Numbered from the stretch's first letter, positions 1-10,120 are shown. The stretch: 64,000 nt of DNA from Bacilli bacterium (GCA_024407995.1 JAKSVL010000001.1:13467-77466); one strand, 5' to 3'. The notes: a model not told the origin generated them from the letters alone. A program made the numbers and translations.

Positions 1-268
1 TAATGCAAACGCCTTGGAATATTGTCATCGCGCCAGCGTTAATAAAACCGATAGCCATGATACTTGTTGCGGCACTGCTTTGAATTAAAGCGGTAACTGC
101 GGTACCAATACCTAGTCCTGCGAAACGATTATTTCTAATCCTCTTTAATAATTTTCTTAAACTTGGTCCAGTCGATTTTTTCAGACCAGAAGACATCATA
201 TTCATACCAATGATGAACACGGCTGCACCGACCAATAATGTAATAATACTGATAATTAGTTTTTCCAC
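1..268 (-). CDS. Na+/phosphate cotransporter family (Na_Pi_cotrans) membrane protein, N-terminal part; the gene continues beyond the window start. Probable GTG start at 268..266.
   Basis: Reverse-complement translation gives V/MEKLIISIITLLVGAAVFIIGMNMMSSGLKK...GTAVTALIQSSAATSIMAIGFINAGAMT, the typical first repeat of Na/Pi cotransporter II-related proteins. There is no stop before the window edge. Confidence 0.45.
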   Translation of the reverse strand, partial: MEKLIISIITLLVGAAVFIIGMNMMSSGLKKSTGPSLRKLLKRIRNNRFAGLGIGTAVTALIQSSAATSIMAIGFINAGAMTIFQGVCI

Positions 269-348
269 ACCATATATTAAAAAGCATTTATTGATACTAT
301 TCAATAATAGTTGTGCATAAACCATTACTAAAAATAAATTTAATCTTG

Positions 349-354
349 TATAAT
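349..354 (+). promoter_or_regulatory. Candidate sigma-A -10 hexamer TATAAT (TGtATAAT context) upstream of gpmA, with a weak -35 TTACTA at 325..330.
   Basis: Sequence ttgTATAATg lies 24 nt upstream of the gpmA start. GGAGG ribosome-binding site at 365..369. Confidence 0.35.
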
Positions 355-377
355 GTAGCAGGAATGGAGGACTAATT

Positions 378-1124
378 ATGACAAAATTAGTACTAATTAG
401 ACACGGTGAATCAGAATGGAATAAATTAAATTTATTTACTGGCTGGACCGATGTTGAATTAAGCGAAAAAGGTGTTGAAGAAGCACACCGCGCTGGCAAA
501 ACATTAAAAGAAAAAGGCTACGATTTTGATATCGTCCATACATCATTGCTAAAAAGAGCAATTCACACAATGAACAATGTCTTATTTGAATTAGACAGAG
601 AATGGCTTCCAGTTTACAAATCATGGAGATTAAATGAACGTCACTATGGCGCTCTCCAAGGTTTAAACAAAGCGGAAACCGCTGCTAAATATGGTGAAGA
701 ACAAGTTAAGATTTGGAGAAGATCATATGATTGTCCACCTCCAGCACTTGAACAAAACGATCCACGTAACCCTGCATTACAAGCACAATTCAGAGATGTT
801 GATCCAAAAGATTTGCCATTAAACGAATCATTGGAATTAACGGTTAAGAGAGCAGTTCCATATTTTGAAGAAGTGATTAAACCACAAATGGAAGCGGGCA
901 AAAGAGTCTTAATCGTTGCCCACGGCAATTCCTTAAGAGCTTTAGTCAAATATTTCGACAACATGGCAGATGAAGAAATCGTTGGTGTTAACATTCCTAC
1001 TGGTGTCCCACTTGTTTATGAATTCGATGACAATATGAAAGCCATTAACCATTATTATTTAATGGATGAAGAAGAACTTAAAAAACAAATGGAAGCAGTT
1101 GCTAATCAAGGCAAAGCAAAATAA
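378..1124 (+). CDS. gpmA: 2,3-bisphosphoglycerate-dependent phosphoglycerate mutase
   Basis: The N-terminus [27 protein letters not shown] and the RHYG and HGNSLRAL motifs are diagnostic of dPGM. Confidence 0.9.
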   Translation: MTKLVLIRHGESEWNKLNLFTGWTDVELSEKGVEEAHRAGKTLKEKGYDFDIVHTSLLKRAIHTMNNVLFELDREWLPVYKSWRLNERHYGALQGLNKAETAAKYGEEQVKIWRRSYDCPPPALEQNDPRNPALQAQFRDVDPKDLPLNESLELTVKRAVPYFEEVIKPQMEAGKRVLIVAHGNSLRALVKYFDNMADEEIVGVNIPTGVPLVYEFDDNMKAINHYYLMDEEELKKQMEAVANQGKAK

Positions 1125-1146
1125 TCTAACATTTTAAAATAATAGT

Positions 1147-1177
1147 CGCGTGTATTAATTCATGCGGCTTTTTTATT
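1147..1177 (+). terminator. Rho-independent terminator after gpmA
   Basis: Stem CGCGTG/CATGCG with one G-U pair and an 8-nt loop, followed by gcTTTTTTATT. Confidence 0.45.
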
Positions 1178-1222
1178 GCTTTGAACATTTTTTGTATTTT
1201 TATTAATTTCCATTAATAGATG

Positions 1223-1231
1223 TGATACAAT
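1223..1231 (+). promoter_or_regulatory. Extended -10 element (TGaTACAAT) for the pckA operon
   Basis: tgTGaTACAATg lies about 50 nt upstream of the pckA ATG. The -35 is poor, which is typical of extended -10 promoters. Confidence 0.3.
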
Positions 1232-1282
1232 GACTTTGATTTTGGGTTTTGACCAAAAAGGATAGAAAGAGGATATAAAAAT

Positions 1283-2890
1283 ATGCCAAAAATTGACCTC
1301 AGTAAGTATGGAATTACAAACGTTAAGGAGATAGTTTATAATCCATCGTATGAACTTCTTTACGAAGAAGAAATGAAATCCGAATTAGAGGGTTTCGAAA
1401 AAGGACAATTAACAGAATTAAACGCTGTTAATGTTATGACCGGTATTTATACCGGAAGATCTCCAAAAGACAAATATATCGTTGTTGATGAAAATAGCAA
1501 AGATACAGTTTGGTGGACCTCAGAAGGTTATAAAAATGATAACCATCCAATGAGCGAAGAAGTTTGGGCTAATGTGAAAACTTTAGCGCAAAAAGAATTA
1601 TCCGGTAAGAGATTATTCGTTGTTGATGCCTATTGTGGTGCCAACAAAGACACTCGTATGGCGGTTCGCTTTATTATGGAAGTTGCCTGGCAAGCACACT
1701 TTGTCAGAAACATGTTCATTAAACCAACTGAAGAAGAATTAAAAGAATTCAAACCAGACTTTATCGTTTATACAGCTTCTAAAGCTAAAGTTGAAAACTA
1801 CAAAGAATTAGGACTTAATTCCGAAACATGTGTTGCTTTCAATATTACAAGTAGAGAACAAGTTATTTTAAATACATGGTATGGTGGTGAAATGAAAAAA
1901 GGTATGTTCTCCATGATGAACTACTACTTACCACTTAAGGGCATTGCCAGTATGCACTGCTCCGCAAATACAGATTATAACGGTGAAAATACTGCAATTT
2001 TCTTCGGCTTATCCGGCACAGGTAAAACCACGTTATCAACTGATCCAAAGAGATTATTAATTGGCGATGATGAACATGGTTGGGATGACAATGGTGTCTT
2101 CAACTTAGAAGGTGGTTGTTACGCAAAGGTCATTAACTTAGACAAAGATAGTGAACCAGATATCTATAACGCTATCCGCAGAGATGCCTTGTTAGAAAAT
2201 GTTACTGTTGATGAAAACGGCAAAATCAACTTTGCAGATAAATCAGTCACAGAAAATACACGTGTCAGCTATCCTATTAATCATATCGAGAAGATTGTTA
2301 AACCAATCAGCCATGGCCCACACGCTAAGAACGTTATCTTCTTAAGTGCTGATGCCTTTGGTGTTTTACCTCCAGTAAGCATCCTCACTCCTGAACAAAC
2401 TCAATATTACTTCTTAAGTGGCTTCACTGCTAAACTAGCAGGTACCGAAAGAGGTATTACAGAACCAACTCCAACATTCTCTGCTTGCTTCGGCCAAGCT
2501 TTCTTAGAATTACATCCAACAAAGTATGCTGCTGAATTAGTGAAGAAAATGAAATTAAGTGGTGCAAAAGCATACTTAGTTAACACTGGTTGGAATGGTA
2601 CAGGCAAACGTATTTCTATTAAAGATACACGTGGTATTATCGATGCAATTTTAGATGGTTCCATCAATAATGCTCCTACTAAGACAATCCCTGTCTTCGG
2701 TTTTGAAGTTCCAACTCAATTACCAGGTGTTGATCCAAAAATCTTAGATCCAAGAGATACATATGCTGATCCAAAAGAATGGGACAGAAAAGCTGCAGAC
2801 CTCGCTTCAAGATTTGTTAAGAACTTTGTTAAATATGAATCTAATGAAGCTGGCAAGGCTTTAGTAAAAGCTGGCCCAAAAGCTGAATAA
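1283..2890 (+). CDS. pckA: Phosphoenolpyruvate carboxykinase (ATP)
   Basis: 535 aa. Contains the kinase-1a [11 protein letters not shown] motif, a typical ATP-PEPCK N-terminus, and IGDDEHGW. Confidence 0.9.
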   Translation: MPKIDLSKYGITNVKEIVYNPSYELLYEEEMKSELEGFEKGQLTELNAVNVMTGIYTGRSPKDKYIVVDENSKDTVWWTSEGYKNDNHPMSEEVWANVKTLAQKELSGKRLFVVDAYCGANKDTRMAVRFIMEVAWQAHFVRNMFIKPTEEELKEFKPDFIVYTASKAKVENYKELGLNSETCVAFNITSREQVILNTWYGGEMKKGMFSMMNYYLPLKGIASMHCSANTDYNGENTAIFFGLSGTGKTTLSTDPKRLLIGDDEHGWDDNGVFNLEGGCYAKVINLDKDSEPDIYNAIRRDALLENVTVDENGKINFADKSVTENTRVSYPINHIEKIVKPISHGPHAKNVIFLSADAFGVLPPVSILTPEQTQYYFLSGFTAKLAGTERGITEPTPTFSACFGQAFLELHPTKYAAELVKKMKLSGAKAYLVNTGWNGTGKRISIKDTRGIIDAILDGSINNAPTKTIPVFGFEVPTQLPGVDPKILDPRDTYADPKEWDRKAADLASRFVKNFVKYESNEAGKALVKAGPKAE

Positions 2891-2895
2891 GAATT

Positions 2896-4237
2896 ATGGG
2901 TGTAAAAATAGTTGAAACTGGCCTAAGAGATGGCCACCAATCATTATTTGCCACAAGAATGAACACCGAAGAAGTTCTTGTTGCACTTAAAGAACTCGAT
3001 CAAGTTGGCTACCACGCTATTGAAATTTGGGGTGGTGCAACTTTTGATTCATGTTTAAGATTCTTGAACGAAGAAAGTTTGTAAAAAAACTAAACTTCAA
3101 ATGCTTTTCCGTGGTCAAAACATCTTGGGATATAGACATTATGCTGATGATGTTGTTGAGAAGTTCGTCGAAAAATCCATTAAGAATGGTATAGATATCA
3201 TTCGTATTTTCGATGCTTTAAACGATATCCGTAACTTAGAATGCGCTGTTAAAGCCACTAAGAAATATGGCGGCGAATGTCAAATTGCTTTAAGCTATAC
3301 CACTTCACCAGTGCACACTGTTCAATACTATGTGGATTTAGCTAAAGAAATCGAAAAGATGGGCGCTGATAGCATTTGTATTAAAGATATGGCGGGCGTT
3401 ATGCTTCCAACAGCTGCTTACGAATTAATCAGTGCACTTAAGAAAAATACAAAATTACCAATCGAATTACATAGTCACTGTACAGGTGGCTTGTGCGAAA
3501 TGACTTATATGAAGGCCGTTGAAGCTGGTGTTGATATTGTCGACTGTGCCATCTCACCAATGAGTGGTGGTACGTCTCAACCATGTACAGAATCACTTAA
3601 CTTTGTGCTTCAAGGCACAGAATATGATCCAAAACTTAATGTTGAAATGCTTAATGCTGCTGCTAGTAAATTAGCCCCAGTTAAAGCAAAATACATCGCT
3701 AATGGTTTATTAAATCCAAAAGTTTTATCCGTTAACGCAAATATTATCAAATACCAAGTTCCTGGTGGTATGCTTTCAAACTTAATCAATCAATTAAAGC
3801 AACAAGATGCTTCTGATAGATTAGATGAAGTTTTAATGGAAGTTCCAAATGTCCGTAAAGACATGGGATATCCTCCACTTGTCACCCCATTATCACAAAT
3901 GGTTGGTACACAAGCTGTTTTGAATGTTCTTTCTGGTGAAAGATATAAAATGGTGCCAAAAGAAATCAATGAATATCTACATGGTAGATATGGCAAATCC
4001 CCAGCACCAGTTAATGAAGAAATCAGACGCAAAATCATTGGCGATGATAAAGTCATTACTTATCGTCCAGCGGATGATTTGAAACCAGAATTTGAAGAAC
4101 TTAAAAAGCAATATAAAGGCATTGCAAAGAGTGATGAAGATGTTTTATCAATTGCTTTATTTGGTGATGTTGCTATTAAGTTTATCGAGCAAAGAAACGA
4201 AGATGCCGTTCCAACGCTCATTAAAGTTGAGGCATAA
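2896..4237 (+). CDS. oadA: Oxaloacetate decarboxylase alpha / pyruvate carboxylase subunit B-type carboxyltransferase (HMGL-like, no biotinyl domain). The reading frame is broken by a +1 frameshift at an A7 tract around 3082. It may be a pseudogene, a sequencing error or recoding.
   Basis: ORF 2896..3084 encodes MGVKIVETGLRDGHQSLFATRM...CLRFLNEESL*. Frame +1 continues ...KKTKLQMLFRGQNILGYRHY... (3101..4237), matching the conserved TKLQMLLRGQNLLGYRHY block of the same protein family. Skipping the single nucleotide T3082 joins the two frames. Confidence 0.7.
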
Positions 4238-4239
4238 TT

Positions 4240-4539
4240 ATGTTTTTAGCAGTTTGGGAAAATTGGGAAAACATGACAGTTGGTGAGGCGTTTTTAGTCG
4301 CCATCATCGCTATTATTATCGTTTTTGCGGTTCTAGCGGTTATTATTTTCATCACTTGGGTGATGCAAAAAGGCATGGAAAAATTCGATGCCAAAACAAA
4401 CATTTTGCCACGTGAAGAAAATAAAATTCTTAGTGAAGATGAAAATGCTGTTGTTGCAGCTTTGGTAGCCACAATGGACTTTTATCGTGAAACCGGCAAG
4501 GACGTGCGTGTTGTTTCGATAAAAAGAATCGAGGATTAA
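4240..4539 (+). CDS. OadG-like small membrane subunit of a Na+-translocating decarboxylase
   Basis: 99 aa with a single N-terminal TM segment (AFLVAIIAIIIVFAVLAVIIFITWV). It sits between the alpha and biotin-carrier genes, in the position OadG occupies. Confidence 0.55.
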   Translation: MFLAVWENWENMTVGEAFLVAIIAIIIVFAVLAVIIFITWVMQKGMEKFDAKTNILPREENKILSEDENAVVAALVATMDFYRETGKDVRVVSIKRIED

Positions 4540-4542
4540 GGT

Positions 4543-4887
4543 ATGAAAATTTATAAAATTAAAGTCAACGGCAAATCATATCGCGTTGAATTAGAAGCAA
4601 TTGAACAAGTCGACACTGCTCCATTAGAAGAAAAGAAAAAACAAGAAAGCAAAAAGATTATCGACAGTGGTAGCAATAAGCAAGTCGTTTCTCCTATCCA
4701 AGGTCAAGTTACCAATGTCAAAGTAAAAGTTGGCGACAAAGTGCAAAAGGGAGATGTCTTAATTATTGTTGAAGCGATGAAGCTTGAAAACGAAGTCGTT
4801 TCACCATTCGAAGGTCAAGTCGCTCAGATTTTAGTGACTAAAGGTCAAAACGTCAAAGCAAAAGACCCAATCGTTATTATTGAATAG
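4543..4887 (+). CDS. Biotin carboxyl carrier protein (biotinyl domain)
   Basis: 114 aa. Carries the EAMKLENEV biotin-attachment (AMKM-type) motif and GDKVQKGDVLIIVE. Confidence 0.8.
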   Translation: MKIYKIKVNGKSYRVELEAIEQVDTAPLEEKKKQESKKIIDSGSNKQVVSPIQGQVTNVKVKVGDKVQKGDVLIIVEAMKLENEVVSPFEGQVAQILVTKGQNVKAKDPIVIIE

Positions 4888-4901
4888 TGGATTAGAAGAA
4901 T

Positions 4902-6320
4902 ATGGAAAAATTTTGGAACACAATTGTAGCATTTTTCCAAAGTTCTGGGGCTGTGACCTTCTTTACTAGTGGTCTATGGCTCAATGGCATCATGATTGTG
5001 GTGGCTTGTGTTTTGTTATTCCTTGCCATCAAGAAAGATTTCGAACCTTATTTGCTTTTACCAATCGCATTTGGTATGTTGCTCATCAACTTACCACTTG
5101 TCGGACAAGAAATTTTTGATAAAGGCGCAACGGTATATACTGCTTATTCTTTAGCAGCAGAAATTGGTGTTGATAATAGTACTGCTCAAAGCATATTTGG
5201 TCTTTTAGGTGAAAATAGTGCGACTACAAAGGCTCTTAATGATTTAGTTTTAAATACAAACAAGGCCTTTGGTGAAGACTTTAACTTTGTTAACTGGTTA
5301 AGCAGCACCGCTACTATCACTGAAAGCGAAGCAACACAAATCGCGGAAAACATCCAACACTTATACAGTTATGATTACCAAGGTATCTTTGGATTTTTGT
5401 ATTACGGAGTTAAGTGGGGCATTTACCCATGCTTAATCTTCCTCTGCATTGGTGCGACCACAGACTTTGGTCCACTTATTGCTAATAAGAAAACAATGCT
5501 TTTAGGCGCGGCAGCGCAACTTGGCATTTTCATTACATTCATTGGAGCGATTATCTTAGGCAAGAATTGCTTAGGATGGACAGCATTTGATGCTAGAATC
5601 GCTTCCGCAATTGGTATCATCGGTGGTGCTGATGGTCCAACCGCTATCTTAGTCACAACTAAATTAGCACCAGAATATTTGTCATCTATTGCTATCGTGG
5701 CATATTCATATATGGCATTAGTGCCTGTTATTCAACCACCTATCATTAGATTATTAACCACAAAGAAAGAACGTCAAATCAAGATGGAAACTCCAAGAGA
5801 AGTTTCTAAAACTGAAAAGATTCTTTTCCCAATCGTGGTTACTGTTGTCACCATCTTAATCGTGCCAAGCGCCGCTCCATTAATTGGTTGCTTGATGCTT
5901 GGTAACTTGATTAAAGAATCAGGCGTCGTACCAAAAATCACTGAAACATTAGCAAATTCTCTTATGTACATTATCACCATCTTATTAGGTGTTTGTGTTG
6001 GCTGTACTGCTGATGCTGCAACGTTCTTAACGTTTGATACAATCCTTATCTTCGTGTTAGGTATTATTGCATTTAGCTTTGCAACTGCTGCTGGTGTTTT
6101 AGGTGGTAAGATTATGTGCTGGGCTACTAAGGGCAAAGTCAATCCTATGATTGGTGCTGCTGGTGTTAGTGCTGTTCCTATGGCGGCCCGTGTTGTACAC
6201 AAAGAAGGATTAAAAGAAGATCCAACAAACTTCTTACTCATGCACGCAATGGGACCAAACGTCGCTGGCGTTATCGGTTCTGCTGTTGCAGCAGGCGTCC
6301 TCCTCCTCTTATTCTTATAG
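4902..6320 (+). CDS. oadB: Na+-transporting oxaloacetate/methylmalonyl-CoA decarboxylase beta subunit
   Basis: 472 aa polytopic membrane protein. The conserved OadB/GcdB/MmdB N-terminus (GLWLNGIMIVVACVLLFLAIKK...LLLPIAFGMLLINLP) and GAAGVSAVPMAARV motif are present. Confidence 0.85.
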   Translation: MEKFWNTIVAFFQSSGAVTFFTSGLWLNGIMIVVACVLLFLAIKKDFEPYLLLPIAFGMLLINLPLVGQEIFDKGATVYTAYSLAAEIGVDNSTAQSIFGLLGENSATTKALNDLVLNTNKAFGEDFNFVNWLSSTATITESEATQIAENIQHLYSYDYQGIFGFLYYGVKWGIYPCLIFLCIGATTDFGPLIANKKTMLLGAAAQLGIFITFIGAIILGKNCLGWTAFDARIASAIGIIGGADGPTAILVTTKLAPEYLSSIAIVAYSYMALVPVIQPPIIRLLTTKKERQIKMETPREVSKTEKILFPIVVTVVTILIVPSAAPLIGCLMLGNLIKESGVVPKITETLANSLMYIITILLGVCVGCTADAATFLTFDTILIFVLGIIAFSFATAAGVLGGKIMCWATKGKVNPMIGAAGVSAVPMAARVVHKEGLKEDPTNFLLMHAMGPNVAGVIGSAVAAGVLLLLFL

Positions 6321-6338
6321 AATATAAAAACTTAATAA

Positions 6339-6373
6339 GTGCCTATCCACTATGGAAGGCACTTTTATTTTGG
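6339..6373 (+). terminator. Hairpin plus T-tract after oadB, acting as terminator or attenuator. It ends 15 nt before birA.
   Basis: GTGCCT-atccactatgga-AGGCAC is followed by TTTTATTTTGG. Confidence 0.45.
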
Positions 6374-6387
6374 TTTATTATAATTCT

Positions 6388-7092
6388 ATGAATTACTCAC
6401 TTATTCATTTCAAAGAAATAGATTCTACAAACAACTATTTAAAAAGCTCATATCGTTTATTAGATAATTTCACTTTCGCCTCAGCAGATTATCAAAGCCA
6501 TGGCAAAGGCCGTAATAATCGTATTTGGAATAGCGAATCTGGTGAAAATTTATTGTTCTCGTTTTTAATTAAGGATGAGAACCTTCTAAAAGAGTCACCA
6601 ATTATTTCGTTAATAACGGCGGTAGAAATCGCTAAAATAGTTGAAATATATAAAATCAAATGCGTGAGCATAAAGTGGCCCAACGATGTTTTAATTGGCG
6701 ATAAAAAGGTATGTGGCATTTTAGCGGAAGGTGAACTTCCAAATTATTTAGTAGTGGGTATCGGTCTTAATGTTAATCAAAAAGAATTTTCGAAGGATTT
6801 AAGAAGACCAGCGACTTCATTAAAAAATGTTATAAAAAAAGAAATTGATATCAATCAATTGAAAGAAAAACTATTCGATCAACTTGTAAGCAACCTTAAA
6901 AACCTTAATAAAGATGATTCTTTGGAATATTTTAGAAATCATAATTATTTGCTAAATAAAAGGGTGCGTGTAGTGGTTAATAACCAGCCATTTATTGGGG
7001 AAGTAATCGGTGTTGATGAGAATTTCTGTCTTCAGATCGTTTCTAGTGATATGCTTTTACACATCGATAGTGGTGAAATTGAAATATTATGA
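6388..7092 (+). CDS. birA: Biotin--[acetyl-CoA-carboxylase] ligase, group I (no N-terminal HTH)
   Basis: Contains the GKGRNNRIWNSESGENLLFSF motif (GRGRxGRxWxSPxG-like) and KWPNDVLIGDKKVCGIL. The start is reassigned to MNYSLIHFKEIDSTNNYLK, because the track ATG at 6352 lies inside the terminator loop. Confidence 0.8.
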   Translation: MNYSLIHFKEIDSTNNYLKSSYRLLDNFTFASADYQSHGKGRNNRIWNSESGENLLFSFLIKDENLLKESPIISLITAVEIAKIVEIYKIKCVSIKWPNDVLIGDKKVCGILAEGELPNYLVVGIGLNVNQKEFSKDLRRPATSLKNVIKKEIDINQLKEKLFDQLVSNLKNLNKDDSLEYFRNHNYLLNKRVRVVVNNQPFIGEVIGVDENFCLQIVSSDMLLHIDSGEIEIL

Positions 7093-7769
7093 GTAAAGAA
7101 AAATTAATCGTTCTTAATAGACAAATAGACGCAGTGATTTTAGATATGGATGGAACATTAATTGATTCCACTAATCGCTGGCATGATATTGATAAAGCTT
7201 TCTTTAACAAAAGAGGGATGGAAATACCAGAAGACTATGCACAAAAAATCGTGCATCTTGGTTTAACGCAAGCCGCTAAATTAACAAAAGAATTATATGG
7301 CATTAAAGAAAGTGAACAAGAAATCATGGATGAATGGCATCAAATGTCATTAGATATGTATCGCAATGATGTGAAGTTAAAACCAGGTGCTGTTGAATTG
7401 TTAGAATTATTTAAAAAACACAATGTTCAATTAGCCATTGCGACTGCAAATGATGATCAATTATATATGCCATGTATTGAAAGATTAGGCATTGGCAAAT
7501 ATTTTAGCTATATAGCGGATGTGAACAATATCAAAGAAGGCAAACATAGCGCTAAAATTTATCTTTATTTAGCGGACAAGATGTCGACAAAACCAGAAAA
7601 TACAATGGTTATCGAAGATATGCCTACATGTATAAAAACCGCTCATGATAGTGGCTTCTTTACTGTTGCGGTTTATGATGATGCTTCTAAAAACTTTGAT
7701 CAAGAAAAAAGGTCCAATTCAGACCTCTTTATCAATAGCTTTAATGACCTTATCGAATTATTAAAGTAA
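7089..7769 (+). CDS. HAD-superfamily hydrolase (beta-phosphoglucomutase-like)
   Basis: Motif I VILDMDGTLIDS is present. Confidence 0.7.
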   Translation: MSKEKLIVLNRQIDAVILDMDGTLIDSTNRWHDIDKAFFNKRGMEIPEDYAQKIVHLGLTQAAKLTKELYGIKESEQEIMDEWHQMSLDMYRNDVKLKPGAVELLELFKKHNVQLAIATANDDQLYMPCIERLGIGKYFSYIADVNNIKEGKHSAKIYLYLADKMSTKPENTMVIEDMPTCIKTAHDSGFFTVAVYDDASKNFDQEKRSNSDLFINSFNDLIELLK

Positions 7770-8759
7770 CTCAACGTTACATTTTCTAAATTCTTCAATA
7801 TCCTTTTCGGGCCAATAAGATGATTGGACTTCCCCGATATGGATCTTTTTTAACAAAAACATGCACAAGCGAGATTGACCAATGCCACCTCCAATTGAAA
7901 GTGGTAATTCGTCGTTTAAGATTTGCTTATGATATGGCATCTCTAACTTATATTCCTCGTGTTTTGCTTTTATTTGTTTTAGCAATGATTCTTTGTTAAC
8001 TCTAATACCCATCGAAGATAATTCGAACGCTAATCGAAGTGGTTCATACCAAAGTAAAATATCGCCATTCATTTTCCAATCATCATAGTCCGCTGCGCGT
8101 GTGTCATGTGGTTGACCATCTTTTAATTTGCCACCTATGCCAATAAGGAAAACTGCGCCATACTTCTTGCAAATAGCGTTTTCTCTTTCTTTTCTTGTGA
8201 GATTTGGATATTCTGCTTCTAACTCTTTTGTGGTCACAAAGACAATTTCTTTAGGTAAATCGTTTTGCAACACTGGATATTTTTTGATTAGCGAGTTATA
8301 AGTTTTAATAAACGCTTTGTAAATTTTTTTAACAACTCTCTTGAGTGTACTTATTTTTCTTTCTTCTGGTTGCAATCTTCTTTCCCAGTCCCACTGATCA
8401 ACATATAAAGAATGGAGATTGTCTAAATCCTCGAATCTTCTAATTGCATTCATATCGGTATATAAACCATCAATTTTGTATTTGTCTAATGCATATCTTT
8501 TCCATTTCGCTAATGATTGAACAATTTCTAAATTGCTTTCATCTTCATTTACTTCAAAAGAAACAGCTTTTTCATAACCGCTTAAGTTATCGTTTAAACC
8601 GGTTTTTGGCTCGACGAACAGTGGAGCGCTGACACGCATTAAATCAAGCTCTTTAGCGAGTTCTTTTTCAAAGGTATCTTTAATCAATTTGATGGCGATT
8701 TGTGTATCCACCAAATTCAAAAGACTATGATAGTTTTTTGGATAGATGTTGTTCTTCAT
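7761..8759 (-). CDS. asnA: Aspartate--ammonia ligase (asparagine synthetase A)
   Basis: 332 aa with the AsnA-type class-II-like fold. The N-terminus MKNNIYPKNYHSLLNLVDTQIAIKLIKDTFEKELAKELDL and GGGIGQSRLCMFLL are typical. Confidence 0.85.
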   Translation of the reverse strand: MKNNIYPKNYHSLLNLVDTQIAIKLIKDTFEKELAKELDLMRVSAPLFVEPKTGLNDNLSGYEKAVSFEVNEDESNLEIVQSLAKWKRYALDKYKIDGLYTDMNAIRRFEDLDNLHSLYVDQWDWERRLQPEERKISTLKRVVKKIYKAFIKTYNSLIKKYPVLQNDLPKEIVFVTTKELEAEYPNLTRKERENAICKKYGAVFLIGIGGKLKDGQPHDTRAADYDDWKMNGDILLWYEPLRLAFELSSMGIRVNKESLLKQIKAKHEEYKLEMPYHKQILNDELPLSIGGGIGQSRLCMFLLKKIHIGEVQSSYWPEKDIEEFRKCNVELL

Positions 8760-8760
8760 A

Positions 8761-9273
8761 TTAGAGAATTTCTTTCTTGTTGTTGTTTTTATAGACGGTA
8801 AATCTGATTTCTAATTCACCATCCATGACTGGTTCGCTTTCTGATATTAGTTCAAAGTCTTCTTCTTCATCTAAATTAACGAAAAATACCTCTGCTCCTC
8901 CATCAGCGTTAACCTTAGTTAAATATACTTGATCAACATATGGAAGAGTTTGTCTATATATAGAAGCGCCACCGATAATAAATACCGTGTCGTTTGTTTC
9001 GTATTCTTTTATCTTTTTTAAGAAGTCTTCAAAGCTATGAACATTGATAACGTCTTCATAGTTATGACTGGCATCTTGTGATAATACGATACTAGTTCTA
9101 TTTTTAAGAGGCTTGCCACCAGGGAAGGATAATAATGTATTTTCACCCATACATACAGTGTGATTAAGTGTTGTTTCACGGAAAAACTTCATATCTTTTG
9201 GCAAAGAAAAGAGCAAACCATTTCTTTTGCCAATGCCGTATTTTATGTCGCAGTTAAGAATTGAAATAATCAT
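8761..9273 (-). CDS. folA: Dihydrofolate reductase
   Basis: N-terminus MIISILNCDIKYGIGKRNGLLFSLPKDMKFFRETT and VFIIGGASIY. It lies immediately downstream of thyA. Confidence 0.85.
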   Translation of the reverse strand: MIISILNCDIKYGIGKRNGLLFSLPKDMKFFRETTLNHTVCMGENTLLSFPGGKPLKNRTSIVLSQDASHNYEDVINVHSFEDFLKKIKEYETNDTVFIIGGASIYRQTLPYVDQVYLTKVNADGGAEVFFVNLDEEEDFELISESEPVMDGELEIRFTVYKNNNKKEIL

Positions 9274-9274
9274 A

Positions 9275-10105
9275 TTAAATAGCCACCGGGATCTTCTTAT
9301 CTAATGGTTCGTATTCATAATCCACCAATTCGAAATCTTCTACTTTGAAATCATAGAAGTTTTTGATGTTTGGATTAACTTTTAATTTAGGTGCTTTATG
9401 TTGTGGTTTATCGATAACTTCTTTAACGATATCGATATGTCTATCGTAAATATGCGCATCTGCGATAACGTGTACGAGGGTGCCAGGTTTTAAACCGGAT
9501 ACTTGCGCAAACATAATGAGAAGAAGTGAATATTGAAGCACGTTCCAGTTATTCGCGGTAAGCATGTCGTTGCTTCTTTGATTTAAGATGCCGTTTAATG
9601 TATCACCACTAACGTTGAATGTCATAGAGTAAGCGCAAGGATATAATCCCATTTCATGTAAATCTTCAAAGTTGTAGATGTTGGTCATAATTCTTCTTGA
9701 TTGAGGATTGTTTTTCAAATCAAATAAAACTCTATCAACTTGATCGAATTCACCTTCTGGATAAATAGATTTTTTTGCTAGTTGATAACCATAAGCTTTG
9801 CCAATTGATCCAGTTTCATCAGCCCAAGAGTCCCAAATATGGGATTTTAAATCGTGGACATTGTTGGATTTCTTTTGCCAAATCCAAAGCAATTCATCTA
9901 AACAGCTCTTAAAAGCAGTTCTTCTAATAGTGAGGATTGGTAATTCCTCTTGTAAGTTATACCTATTAACAATGCAGAATTTTTTCACGGTATGGGCGGG
10001 AGTGCCATCTTCCCAATGAGGACGTACTTTTAAATTCGTGTCCCAAAAACCGTTTTCCATAATATCTTTCATATTTGCTACGAAAATTTCATCTGCTTTT
10101 GACAT
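9275..10105 (-). CDS. thyA: Thymidylate synthase
   Basis: 276 aa ThyA with the active-site region ...LYPCAYSMTFNVSGDTLNGILNQRSNDM... Confidence 0.9.
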   Translation of the reverse strand: MSKADEIFVANMKDIMENGFWDTNLKVRPHWEDGTPAHTVKKFCIVNRYNLQEELPILTIRRTAFKSCLDELLWIWQKKSNNVHDLKSHIWDSWADETGSIGKAYGYQLAKKSIYPEGEFDQVDRVLFDLKNNPQSRRIMTNIYNFEDLHEMGLYPCAYSMTFNVSGDTLNGILNQRSNDMLTANNWNVLQYSLLLIMFAQVSGLKPGTLVHVIADAHIYDRHIDIVKEVIDKPQHKAPKLKVNPNIKNFYDFKVEDFELVDYEYEPLDKKIPVAI

Positions 10106-10120
10106 AGTTCTTACCTCGCG

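Noticed and set aside
269-325. Possible longer N-terminus for the Na/Pi cotransporter (ATG at 325..323) and an open antisense frame continuing further
   Set aside because: The extension would run through the gpmA promoter (-10 at 349..354). It adds no hydrophobic segment before the first TM helix. The GTG at 268 gives the typical short cytoplasmic N-terminus. The open frame is attributed to the low stop-codon frequency on this strand.
436-994. Antisense ORFs 436..624 and 644..994 inside gpmA
   Set aside because: They are fully nested on the opposite strand of a well-supported gene. Their products are Cys/Leu-rich and low-complexity, which is typical of spurious reading frames in AT-rich DNA. 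The same applies to the other short minus/plus ORFs nested in pckA, oadB, ppdK, GH3, secA, uvrB and so on in the track.
4092-4539. ORFs 4092..4286 and 4221..4472 around the oadA/oadG junction
   Set aside because: Both overlap the well-supported oadA 3' end or the oadG-like gene in other frames or on the other strand. They have no RBS and were judged spurious.
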